A stretch of 64,000 nt of DNA. It comes from Pristiophorus japonicus (lineage: Eukaryota). Positions 38,345 through 50,266 of this stretch are shown here, piece after piece. The stretch's first letter is position 1. Every line of letters begins with the position of its first letter. Made by a program: the position numbers and the translations under genes. The notes below the pieces were generated by a model. The model did not search any database, had not been told where the DNA came from, and saw only the letters and a list, made by a program, of their open reading frames with translations. The stretch covers positions 5,084,001 through 5,148,000 of the forward strand of contig NC_091995.1 of NCBI RefSeq assembly GCF_044704955.1. The letters run 5' to 3'.

Positions 38345-41300
38345 CTCTTTTTGGGGAAAACAAAAACATTAAATCGTGGCCCCCCGATCTGGGGGACGCA
38401 CCAAACATTTACAACGCCCATTTTTTGGATTTTTTTTTGTGTTTTTTTTTAAGGTTTTTTTTGGGCACTAAAATCATATTATTTTTTTCTCTAAGTACCC
38501 CCTATAAAAGGGGAGGGGGACACTAAAAAACACTGGCAATTAAAAACAAATTAAACTTTAAAACATAAAATCAAATTCAAATTTGGTTGCCGGGCGTGAT
38601 GATGCACTCCAGTCCCTCCGGTGCCCACCTCTCGCGGAAGGCCGCGAGCGTACCGGTGGACACCGCGTGCTCCATCTCCAAGGACACCCTGGCGCGGATG
38701 TACGCGTGGAAGAGAGGCAGGCAGTCAGGTTGAACGACCCCCTCGACCGTCCGCTGCCTGGACCGGCTGATGGCACCCTTGGCCGTGCCCAGGAGCAGTC
38801 CTACGAGGAGGCCCTCGGACCTACCCGCTCCCCTCCGCACAGGGTGCCCGAAGATCAGGAGCGTGGGACTGAAGTGCAGCCAGAATTTCAGGAGCAGCCC
38901 CTTTAAATAACAAAACAGGGGCTGCAACCTCGTGCACTCAATAAAAACATGGAACACGGACTCTTCCAGACCGCAGAAATTGCAGGCGGCCTGGGAGCCC
39001 GTGAACCGTCTTAAAAATTTATTGCACGGGACTGCTCCATGCACCACCCTCCAGGCCAAGTCCCCGATAAATAGTGGGAGGACCCCCGCGTAGAGTGCCC
39101 TCCATCGGTGACCCCCGCCTCCTCCGGACGGCAAGATGGTACGCCATGGCGTGTCCGGATGGCAGGCGAGGATGGCAAAGTTGAGAGTGTGCAGGAGCAG
39201 CCCGTACAGGAAACCCCTCCGCACGGAACTGAAAGGTACGGAAGGGATTTCCCAGAGGCGGCTCAAGTTGTGAGGCGCCGGCCCCCGAGGGAGGTTCCGG
39301 GGTTTGGCGCCGATGAGGAATTCCGTCCGGACGGGAGTCAGTTCGGACGGGATCTCCCCACGTGCTTGAGCCTCCTCGATGCACCTAACGGAGTCGGGGC
39401 CCAGAGCTCTTTTTAGCGACTCGATGGCATCGGCCGCGCGGCGGACGTTGGCAGAATTTAGGCGCCGCGCCAGCGTGTCTGGCGCCATCCAGCCTGCTCC
39501 TCCGCCATCGAGCAGGTCCCTGACCCTGGTCACCTCACCAGCCACAGCCCTCTCGTCCGACCGCCACCCAAAACCTCGGTCGTGGATTCCCGAGCAGCGG
39601 CTCCTGCAGGACGGCCGCCACTCCAGCCGGTGGAGAGCTGCACTTGGTGGAGACTTTGTTCCAGACCCTGATGAGTTCCTTGTAAAAGACAGGCAGCTCC
39701 CGGAGGGCGGTCCTGACGCCCCCCACACTCACAAACAGGAGCTGCGTGTTGTAGTTGAGGCCGTGCTGCTGGCGGAAGAAATACATCGCCAGAGCACGCC
39801 ACCTAGGAGGGGGCTCAACGTAAAGGTATCTCTGCAGGGTCTGAAGACGGAAAGTCGCGAGCTGGGCACTGACGCACACCAACGACAGACCGCCCTCCCT
39901 AAGCGGGAGACTCAAGACAGCGGCAGAGACCCAGTGCTTCCTGTTGTTCCAGAAGAAGTCCACCAGCTTCTTCTGTATCTTGGCGACAAACGCAGGGGGA
40001 GGGGTCAAAGTGACCAGCCGGTACCACAACATGGCGGCCACCAGCTGGTTTATGACTGGCGCTCGACCCCTGTAGGACAGCACTCGGAGCAGTCCTGTCC
40101 AACGCCCTAGGCGAGCGGCGACCTTGGCCTCCAGCTCCTGCCAGTTCGCCGGCCAGGCTTCCTCGTCGGGGCTAAGGAAGACTCCCAGATAGAGGAGATG
40201 GGTCGTGCTCCAGGCAAAAGGCCTGAGCTCCTCCGGCAGGGAGTCCACCCACCACTGACCCACCAGGAGTCCGAAACATTTTTCCCAGTTGATCCTGGCG
40301 GAGGACGCGGCCGAGTACATCTGGCACTCACGCATCCTCCGCAGGTCAGCGGGATCCTCTACCGCGAGGAGCACGTCATCGGCGTAAGCCGAGAGGACGA
40401 CCTCCATGCCCGGCCCTTGCAGAGCCAGTCCCATCAACCTCGTCCGCAGGAGGCGCAGGAAAGGCTCCACGCAGACGGCATATAACTGGCCGGACATGGG
40501 GCATCCCTGGCGCACCCCTCTCCCAAAGCGAAGGGGCGCCGTCAAGGACCCGTTAACCTTAATCAGACACTCCGCGGCGGCGTACAAAAGTCGGATCCGG
40601 GCGACGAAATGCGTCCCGAACCCGAAAGCGCGCAGAGTTCCGAGCAGATAGTCGTGATCCACCCTGTCGAACGCCTTCTCTTGATCGAGGGATAGGAAGG
40701 CGACCGACAGACCAGCCTCCTGGGAATAATGGATGAGGTCCCAGACCAGATGGATGTTATCGTGGATTGTCCGGCCCGGGACCGTGTAGGACTGGTCGGG
40801 GTGGATCATGTGGTCCAGCACGGCGCCAAGGCGAGCAGACATCGCCCTGGCGAAGATTTTGTAGTCCGTGCTGAGGAGGGAGACCGGGCGCCAGTTCTTA
40901 AGGAGGCGGAGATCGCCCTTCTTAGGCAGCAGGTCGATGACTGCCCTGCGCCAAGAGAGGGGCATCTCCCCGGTCGCCAGACTTTCCCCCAGGACCCGCG
41001 CGTAGTCGCCCCCCAGGACGTCCCAGAACGCCCTGTGGAACTCCACGGTCAGCCCGTCCAGCCCCGGGGCTTTTCCCCTCGAGAGCCGGGCGAGGGCGCC
41101 GGTCAGCTCCGCCAGGCTTAGCGGAGCTTCCAGATTATCGGCGCCCTCCGGGCCGACCTTCGGCAGGTCCACCCACAAAACTCTACGCGCTTCCTCGCTG
41201 GACGGATCCGGAGAGATCAGAGCCCCGTAATATTCACGGGCCCTGTTGTTGACGCCCTCCGGATCCGAGACGAGAGAGCCGTCGTCGGCCAGCAGCGTCA

Positions 41301-44161
41301 AGAGCTGCTTACGGACACTCTGCCTTTTTTCCAGCGAGTAGAAGAAGGGGGAGCCGCGGTCCAGATCCCGCAGGAACCGGATCCGCGACCTCACGAACGC
41401 GCCTCGGGACCCGACAAGCTGCAGGTCCTTCAGCGCGGCCTTCCTCTAGATCTTCTCCCGCGTCCCCCACTGAGTCCCCGTCCTCCCCCGGGAGGTCGCC
41501 GCCAGCTGCCGGCCCGTCGACCGCACGAGGTACGGCAAACGGCCTGGCCGCTCCTTCTGGCCCTGGCTCTGCCCCGATCCCACCCCCAGGATCGTCGGCA
41601 GAGAAGTCCCCACTGGGCTCTTTTAAAAGTGGTGCTGGGTCGGGAAGCGACAGCGGAAGGGGGTCCTCCCCCACCCCAGGAGCCGGGGAACACGGAGAGA
41701 CCTGGTCTAGGAAATTCTCCAGGTCCACCAAGTCCCTCAATCCAAAGTAGGGGGCGAGGGTTGTTGTTCTTCCCCTTCCCCGCCGCCACCCCCCGGCCCA
41801 GCGTGTAGAGTATCGTTAAAATTAATCATATTTTCAGTTTCTTCCGGGCCGAGCGACTCCCGGGGGAAGTTAGTTAATAGCTGGGCGGGCTCAGGTTCGG
41901 CCTTTTCGGCCCCGCCCGCCTCAGTCCCCGGGGCGCTCGACCCGGCGGCTACGCATTCCTCCGCTGGCCCCACGTCCCCCACGACAGGCAGATCTTTCAC
42001 GCCATCCCCGGGAGGCAGAGGCTGGGCAGCCTCGACTGCCTCACCCTCCCCGGGGACAGATTCCTCGTGCCTACGGCGCAATTTGGGGGCGCCGGTGGGG
42101 CACGCGGAACACGCGGCGGGCACCGACTCCTCCGCGGAGGGATGTTGTTCCCCCTCCGCCTCATTGGAGCGGTGCCTCCTTTTGTTCCTGGGGCGGAGCG
42201 GAGGCAGGGAGACCTCCATGTCTGCCGAGGCCTCCCGCTCCACTCCCCCCTTTTCCTTATCTTGCCCGCGCCCGAACCCCTCTGCGGTATTGGTAGAGTG
42301 CTTGGGCACGGGCTCAGGGCACCCCGCGCTCGCCGGTGACGGGGTTGGGATGAGCGTGATAAACAAATTGTCTGGCGCACCGAGGGGACCCGCCTCCAGA
42401 TGTTTCGCCTTCTTCCGCGCCTTCCTTCCGATCGGACGCTCTCCCTCCCCCCCCGCCGGAGGCCGTGAAAACAAAGGCCCCCCGACGATGCCCGCGCACC
42501 CACAGCTCCCGGCACGCGGATGCTACTAGGGGGAGGGGTGGTGGCGGCGCCAGTCTTGGCCGCCCTCGGTGGTTTGGCGGCGGGGCAGTTCTTACGAACA
42601 TGCCCCACCTCCCTACAGGCATGGCACCGCACGCCGTCCGACGTCCAGAAGACGCGGTAGGCAGTCCCCTCGTGCACTACATTAAAATTACCTTCCGTCG
42701 TCTCCTCCCGCGCCAGCCGGACAAAGAGCTGGCGGCGGAAGAAGACGTGGCGCAGGCTGTTCTCTCTGAGGCCGAGCGGTATGGGGTTAATCCCCGACCT
42801 TACCTCCCCCAGTTGGTGTAGGTGAGGGAGGAGGAGCTCAGCGGGAACAAAGGGCGGGACGTTAGAAATGATGACCCTCTACGCGGTGGCCTCGAGAGGG
42901 TCCACCGGCAGGAACGTGCCACCCACCGTGAGCCCCTTTTCAAGGGCCAGGGACACCGCCCGCTCCTACCCCAGGAAGAACACAGCCTTCCCAGACATCT
43001 TGGAGGCTGCGACAATGGCCGAGGGGCCGACTACCCCAGCCATCGCCCGCACGCACTCCTCGATGCTCATTGTGGGGTGAGTGTAGCTCTTGACCCCGTG
43101 TTTTTTTGTAATCAATCTGAAAGGTGGTAGGGCAGCAGGAGGCGCAGGACGCGCCGTGGATGTCAACGCTGCCTGCGCATATGTCTTTGCTGACCCTGCC
43201 ACCGGCGTGGATGGAGTCGCCATCACAGGGTCCCTTTAAGGGCCACACCCACCCCAAAGTCACAGGCCTTAGTGTTCTTTAATTGGCCTCATTGGTGTTT
43301 TGAGCAGAGGGAGTTCTTAATGGGGCACACCTCTCCCCTAAATAACGAATGGGGAGGGGCCTTGCTCCCTCTGCTCAGTTGTCTTAATTTAATTTTAAGG
43401 AGGAAAGAGGCTCTCAGAGAGAGAGGGGAGAGGCAGAGAGAGAGAGAAAGAGAGAGGGGGGTGTGAAAGAGGGAGTCTGCGAGGGCAGGTCTCCCCTCAC
43501 AGCGATGGGTGGGTGTTTTTCTTGGGGTGCACTCCCCAGATGATGGAAAAAAAGCAAACACAGTCTTTGCGGATGGTCTTCGGGTGGGGGGAGAAGATGT
43601 CTTCACCTGGGGTAGCTAGAGCCACCCAGGCACACACTCCCAACGATGTTAAATAGTGTACTTAAATACTCTTCAGCCAGGTAGCTCCAGCTATCCCATG
43701 CTAGGTAATGGGGGAGGGTGTGTGGGGCCTAGCTGTAAGCAAGACCCCCACACACACTTCCACACACACATACCCCCCGCGATGTTCCGGCCCTCGAGTG
43801 GTCTTCTTTCCTCCCCCCACCAATACAACAAAGTCTTTTAGGGGAATGCACCAAAACACACCCACCTTTGGTTGTTGAAGTTTCTCCCTCCTTCCACACT
43901 GGATGGTGTTTTTTTCTTTCCGGTTGTTGTTCTTTTCCCTCTCTCTCCCCAACTCTCTGTAGCAGTAATAAAGTTGTTGAATTTGCAGCTCTCCTCCTCT
44001 CCCTCTAGATGGATTAGAATTGTAGAATGCCCCTTCCTCCTCTTCCTGGGCTGGTCTCAGGTCTCTCAAAGGCCTTCCAGACAGGAGCAAAAACAGGTAG
44101 CTCCTTCCCTCACTGCTCCAGGCTCCAACTGAATAGGCCACGCCTCCAAAGCTCCACCATT
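38345..44161 (-). mobile_element. Tx1-type LINE with 5' UTR, ORF1 and ORF2 lacking the endonuclease
   Basis: ORF1 from 43226 with CHACREVGHVRKNC knuckle; RT NWRPVSLL, GVRQGCP, AYADD; C-terminal CNFC..H...C; imperfect 16-bp TSD (38328-38343, 44162-44177). Confidence 0.92.
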
Positions 44162-45175
44162 GGTCCTTGTGCATGAACTCCCAAAAAGTTAGTTTGCAGG
44201 TGCAGCAGGTAATCAGGAAGGCGAATGGAATGTTGGCCTTCATTGCGAGAGGGATGGAGTACAAAAGCAAGGAGGTCCTGCTGCAACTGTATAGGGTATT
44301 GCTGAGCCTGCACCTGGAGTACTGCGTGCAGTTTTGGTCACCTTACTTAAGGAAGGATACACTAGCTTTGGAGGGCGTACAGAGACGATTCACTAGGCTG
44401 ATTCCGGAGATGAGGGGGTTACCTTATGATGATAGATTGAGTAGACTGGGTCTTTACTCGTTGGAGTTCAGAAGGATGAGGGGTGATCTTATAGAAACAT
44501 TTAAAATAATGAAAGGGATAGACAAGATAGAGGCAGAGAGGTTGTTTCCACTGGTCAGGGAGTCTAGAACTAGGGGGCACAGCCTCAAAATACAGGGGAG
44601 CCAATTTAAAACCGAGTTGAGAAGGAATTTCTTCTCCCAGAGAAACATAGAAACATAGAAAATGAGGGTTGTGAATCTGTGGAATTCTCTGCCAAGGAAG
44701 CAGTTGAGGCTAGCTCATTGAATGTATTCAAGTCACAGATAGATAGATTTTTAACCAATAAGGGAATTAAGGGTTACGGGCAGCGGGCGGGTAAGTGGAG
44801 CTGAGTCCACGGCCAGATCAGCCATGATCTTGTTGAATGGCGGAGCAGGCTCGAGGGGCTCGATGGCCTACTCCTGTTCCGAATTCTTATGTTCTTATGT
44901 TCTTATTATGATTTGTGTCAGATACTGGAAGTGAACATCAGGGTTACACAGACACTGGGACTGTCACACCCACACACGGCAACTCATTCCCGGGAGGGAG
45001 CAATGTGGGAGCCGGTTAGTTCAGTGACAACAACAGAACCGCCCCGGAATAGACAAAACAATCGGTTTAAATCAGCTTCCAAATGTTCAGCAAATGCTGC
45101 ATTTATTTCAGTTCTGATCGGTTATTTAGTGACTGTGTGAAGTTTCACTGAACTGACCCACAATATAATCCTCAC

Positions 45176-45598
45176 TTTCAGAAATATCAGTCCGTCTTTT
45201 TGCTCCATCTGTTTCTGTAACTTTGAGAGCTCCTCCTGAATAGAATTTAAATTCTCTTGAATTTCTCGAAGGTTTTCCTCCATTGTTTCTACAATCTTCC
45301 CCTCTTGTTCCCTGAGATCTCGGATTAAACGCTGCTCTTTCTCAGTGAGAATCTGGTGCATTTTAGCGAACTCGGATGTGATGCGGGTCTGCAGACTGCT
45401 CGACTGTTCCGACCAAATGAAATGTGAAACATAATTAATGTCCCGCGATAGAGGGAACAAAACTAACCGAGATCCCCGAAAATCAGCTCAGGGAGACCTT
45501 CCCCTAACTCCGGAAATCAGCTGTTTCTGTTTTAATTCCGTCTCTAGAGCCGCCGATTCCTTCTCTGTGAGAGAATCTAAGGAAGATTTCAGCCGGTC
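45176..45598 (-). pseudogene. TRIM exons 2 (45503-45598) and 3 (45176-45409), pseudogene
   Basis: Near-identical to 53959-54381, but exon 2 donor is GT>GG, exon 3 acceptor is AG>CG, and exon 1 is missing. Confidence 0.9.
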
Positions 45599-45679
45599 CT
45601 GGGATTGGGAGAAAATCACAGAATTAAAGTGTTAGATTGTCGGCCGTTAAACATTAAATATTTAAACCCAACCGGCAAG

Positions 45680-46190
45680 TTCCGAGCGCGAGCCTCTTTC
45701 AACCGGAATCATGGCCGCTAACCCCGCCTCCCGGCGGTGCTGATTGGCCAGTGGCGGTCTGTTAGGAGCTCTCGCGGACGCGGATTGGCCGGAGTGCCTG
45801 TCACTCAGAGTGAAGGAGGCGGGTTTCCGGGGCGGGGCACTGCAGGGGTAAGCGGATTGGCCGGAGCGCCTGTCACTCAGAGTGAAGGAGGCGGGTCCCC
45901 GGGGCGGGGCACTGTTGCGGTAAGCGGATTGGTCGGAGTGTCTGTCACTCAGAGTGAGGGAGGCGGGTTTCCGGGGCGGGCCCGGGCCTCAGTGGGAGTC
46001 GCACTCGGAGCTCGGGCAGTGTGTTTGGGCCGAGCGCCAGTGACGCCGCGCTGGGCCCTTATCTCGGCGAGTTGGAGCCGGTGGGAGCGGCTCACGGCGG
46101 CCGCCGCCTGCTTTTATACTCGGGGGCGGGGTTTATTTCACACTTTGGATTCTTCTTGTTATTATTCACTCGGGGGGAGCCAGGGCGTCA
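45680..46190 (+). promoter_or_regulatory. CpG-island promoter-like region with three 72-bp tandem repeats
   Basis: Units start at 45781, 45853, 45925, each with ATTGG (CCAAT box) and GGGGCGGG (GC box). Confidence 0.65.
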
Positions 46191-46259
46191 TGGCAACGGG
46201 TTTGGTGAGCGAGCTGGACAGTCGCTTCTTCCCCGGGAACCTGCTGAGCGGTGGCTGGG
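46190..46259 (+). CDS. Second copy of putative first exon MATGLVSELDSRFFPGNLLSGGW
   Basis: Same peptide as 13888-13957; G|gtaag donor; lies downstream of the CpG island. Confidence 0.5.
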
Positions 46260-47849
46260 GTAAGGGGGTTGCGGAAGAGGGTGACCGGGGGGAGGGAGGG
46301 TCAGGAGGATGAGGGGAGGTCACCATGTCTCTATTGTCAGCACCGAGAATCATAGACACACAGCACAGGAGGGGGCCATTCGGCCCATTGTGCCTGTGCT
46401 GGCTCTTTGAAAGAGCTGTCCCATTAGTCTCACTCCCTGCTCTTTCCCCAGGGCCCTGTGAATGTCTCCTACTCAACTATTTATCCAAATCCCTTTTGCA
46501 AGTTATTATTGAATCTGCTTTCACCGCCCTTTCAGGCAGGGCAGTCCTGTCATTTAGCCCTTCCTGCTCCGCCAGTAACTTTTGTCATTTATCTTCAATG
46601 TGCACAGACCTATCTCATCATCATTACCACACTCATCACCACCCACCTCCCGACAGCCAGAATCTCCCTGCATCCCACCAACTGCATCTTTGTCCTAACC
46701 ATGTTCTCTGGCTTCTGAACTGCTTCTTCCTCCATGACTTGTTCTTCTGTATTACGAGTTAGTGCTTGATCTAATTGAATGCTGGAACAGGCTCGAGGGT
46801 CTGAATAGCCGACTCCTGTTCCTATGTTCCTATATCTCTCTACATTGTGTCTTTACAAGCATTCTTCCTGCCGTCACTGTATTCTCTATTATCTTATGTC
46901 CTCAGTTTCCTCCAGCACTTATTTCTGTTTCTTGCTACCCCTGTACCTGTTGCAAAAATTCCTGTCACAGGTTCCCAGTGACTCGCCCTCAATATTGAGT
47001 ACGAGCCCATCCACTTCACTAAACTCTGACTCAATTAGTCCAATACTATCCATTGGTCTTTACTAATTAGCTTTCCAATTGTTTCCTTTGATTAGTTCCC
47101 TTCCGCTCCTCTGAAAGACCCAGACATTTTCCTTCAGGTTTTGGGCAGCTGAGATCAGCGAGTTGCTCCACACTTTACTATTGACTCTCGAGCTCTTTCA
47201 TGCTGCAAAGTCGAGCCTTGTTTAGTCTGTTTGAGCACTGCCAGCGGTCTGCTGTGCGTTAACATTTGTGTTTCTGTCTATTTCAGGAGAGTCCTCCAAA
47301 AATAACTGAACAACATTATACAGTAGCATATTGAAGAGCTGGTTTTATTTTCTATTTAATATTTCATATTTACATTATTAGTGAAGACAACCATCAGCCA
47401 AACATAGTGGAAGGCAGCCTGTCTCTGAACACAAAGGGCCCACTCAGTATAGTGTGGAGGCATGTAATGGACATTGTCAACCCTGGTACTGAGGGCCTTT
47501 CCTGTTTCTTACTTAACCAGTAAAACCCTCAATAAGGGGTACATCTTAAGAATACCAGATACAAGTACAAGAATGGAAATATTATCCATACCCAGTTCAA
47601 ATACGAAAATAAATGAAATGGCAGCACGCAATGTGTGATTCATGATTAATAATGCAACAATCAAATAATAATAGACTATTTTAGAAGCAATCAGCCATTA
47701 TAATTCATTCATTATCAAACCAAAACAGTGATTTAAATCATTAACCTGTTACAGTAGGTTCTTTCAATGTTTAAAAGTGGAGAATTAATGCACGAGAATA
47801 TTCACAACTGATTAGGTCAAATGACTTTCAATTACCTCCTGACTCCCCA

Positions 47850-48368
47850 AAACCCGTTCTCCATATAAAAAGCACAAGTCAGGAGTGTGATGGAATACTC
47901 TCCACTTTCCTGGGTGAGTGCAATTCCAATTAAATTCAAGAAGATTGACACCATCCAGGACAAAGCAGCCCGCTTGATTGGCACCCACCCACCACCTTAA
48001 ACATTCACTCTCTCCACCACCGTTGCACTGTGGCTGCAGTGTGTACCCTCTACATGTTGCACTGCAGCAACTCCCAAACCCATGAACTCTACCACCTGGA
48101 GGGACAAGGGCAGCAGGCACATGGGAACACCCTCAGCTACAAGTTCCCCTCCAAGTTATACACCATCCTCACTTGGAAATATATCGGCTGTTCCTTCATT
48201 GTCACTGGGTCAAAATCCTGGAACTCCCTCCCTAACAGCACTGTGGGAGCACCTTCACCTCACAGACTGCAGCAGTTCAAAAAGGCGGCTCACCACCCCC
48301 TTCTCAAGGGCAATGAGGGATGGGCAATAAATGCTGGCCTTGCACCACCACATCCCAGGAATGAATGA
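47850..48368 (+). mobile_element. HER1-type CR1 3' fragment
   Basis: SKSWNSLPNS..LQQFKKAAHHPLL and tail atgggcaataaatgctggcc. Confidence 0.7.
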
Positions 48369-49584
48369 ACAAAATACAGAAGAGGCTTTCAACATGGAAT
48401 TTTTGCACTTCTCTGAAAAAAGATTAAGTAACGGCCTTGAAGGGAATGGAACACGGGGAAGGTTGAAAATATTTGTGAACAAAATGAAGTAAATCTGAAA
48501 TATAATGGTTAAGTGATGTCAGGAATGTTCTTTTAAATCTGTAGATTTTAGAAAGAAGCAGAGACAGAACAAAATAAAAGAAACTTTGCGGGATTTCTGA
48601 GTGGCCTCCAGCGGGTGTTTGAAGAGCAGCGGGTGTCTGAAGAGCAGCTGGTTCGGCCGCTCAACGCGCCTTCACTCCGCCCATTTGTATCTCAGGATTG
48701 CAATCAGGGTCCTCTACGTCATAGGACCCCGGTTTGACGAGGTTTCCCCCCTGAAACAGGCGGGCGTTCCCGCTGCCCATCTCAGGACCCCACCCAAGGT
48801 GGCGATGGCTGAAGCACCAGCGTAAACTTTAGTGCCATTTCCAGGCGACTATCACTCCGGTTACACCAGGTGGGGGCTCTTAAAATTGGCCCCGTTAGTT
48901 CAGGATAGGAGCAGGAGGAGTCCATTCAGCCCCTGGAGCCTGTCCCGCCATTCAATGAGATCATGGCTGAGCTGTGCCCTAACTCCATATATCCGCCTTT
49001 GGCCCATATCCCTTAATACCTTTGGTTAACGAAAATCTATCAACCTCAGGTTTAAAATTAACAATTGATCCAGCATCAATTGCGGTATGCAGAAGAAAAT
49101 TCCAAACTTCTCCCACTCTTTGTGTGTCGAAGTATTTTCTAACTTCACTCCTGAAAGGCCTGACTATAATTTTTAGACCATGTCCCGAGTGCTAGACTCC
49201 CCAAGCAGCGGAAATACTTGCTCTCAGTTCCCCTTAATATCTTGAAAACTTCGATCAAATCACGTCTGAAACTTCTAAATTCCAGGGATGGGTAAAATAA
49301 GGAACCAGAGCAAGGTGCAAATGAAAAAAAATGCGTTTAGTCCATGACTCTGGGACGTAATTATTCCCCAAATCGCTTAAAACAAATACACGCCGCTTCT
49401 ATTGTGCAGTTTAATAACAGGCTTGGCAGCAGAGGTGTTGCTGATTGATCTCAAACACCGCCATGTAGCGCCACCTTCTGCCTGTGGAGCAACATTACAG
49501 GCAGGAAGGTCACCGGGTTCCTGCAGTTCACAGCTCATTCCACCCAGTGAGTTCCCCTCCACAATTCACCATCCATTTGTTTCT

Positions 49585-49883
49585 TCTCCCCCTCCCCCTC
49601 CCCCCCGCTCTCTCCCCCTCCCCCCCGCCCCCCGGCTCTCTCCCCCTCCCCCTCCCCCTCCCCCCCGCCCCCCGGCTCTCTCCCCCTCCCCCTCCCCCCC
49701 CGGCTCTCCCCCCCCCCCCCCCGCTCTCTCTCCCCACCCCCGCTCTCTCTCCCCACCCCCCCCGCTCTCTCTCCCCCCCCCCCGGTCTCTCTCCCCCTCC
49801 CCCTCCCCCTCCGGCTCTCTCCCCCCCCCCCGCTCTCTCCCCCCCCCCCACCCCCCCCGCTCTCTCCCCCCCCCCCCCCCCCC
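49585..49883. repeat. C-rich low-complexity tract
   Basis: (C)n-gctctct units; the paralogous tract at ~58133-58175 is only ~40 bp. Confidence 0.9.
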
Positions 49884-49944
49884 TGTGACTGAGACCGACG
49901 CCCATCAGTTTGCAGGAGGCAGGGTGAAATTATGGGATGGGCCT

Positions 49945-50250
49945 TCCACCGGTCCGCGAGAGGTGGGCGCCGGAGGGACTGGAGAGCATCATCACCCCCG
50001 GCAACCACATTTTAATTTGATTTTATATGTTTAAAGTTTAATTTGTTTTTATTGCTGGGTTTTAGTGTCCCCCTCCCCTTTTATAGGGGGCACTTGTAAA
50101 TTATATGGTTTTACTGCCCCCCAAAAAAATCACAAAAAACCCCCCAAAAAACAAAAAATAAATAAAGAGGGCAGTTAAAAGTGTCTGCAGTGTCCCCCAG
50201 ATCGGGGGGCACTCGATCTAATGTTTATTTTGTCCCCCCGCCCAAAAGAG
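49945..50250 (+). mobile_element. 5'-truncated Tx1 insertion in the TRIM 3' UTR
   Basis: Perfect 15-bp TSD TTATGGGATGGGCCT (49930-49944, 50251-50265); empty site at 58075-58089. Confidence 0.93.
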
Positions 50251-50266
50251 TTATGGGATGGGCCTG

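Larger units (their letters stand above)
26918..44910 (+). mobile_element. Full-length CR1 LINE split by ERV and Tx1 insertions (pieces 26918-30494, 38267-38343, 44162-44910)
   Basis: GC-rich 5' UTR, ORF1, ORF2 APE/RT fragments that rejoin across the insertions, (ttcttatg)n tail. Confidence 0.93.

Noticed and set aside
48590-48895. GC-rich segment possibly a MITE (also 51310-51520)
   Set aside because: No clear terminal inverted repeats or TSD could be defined by eye
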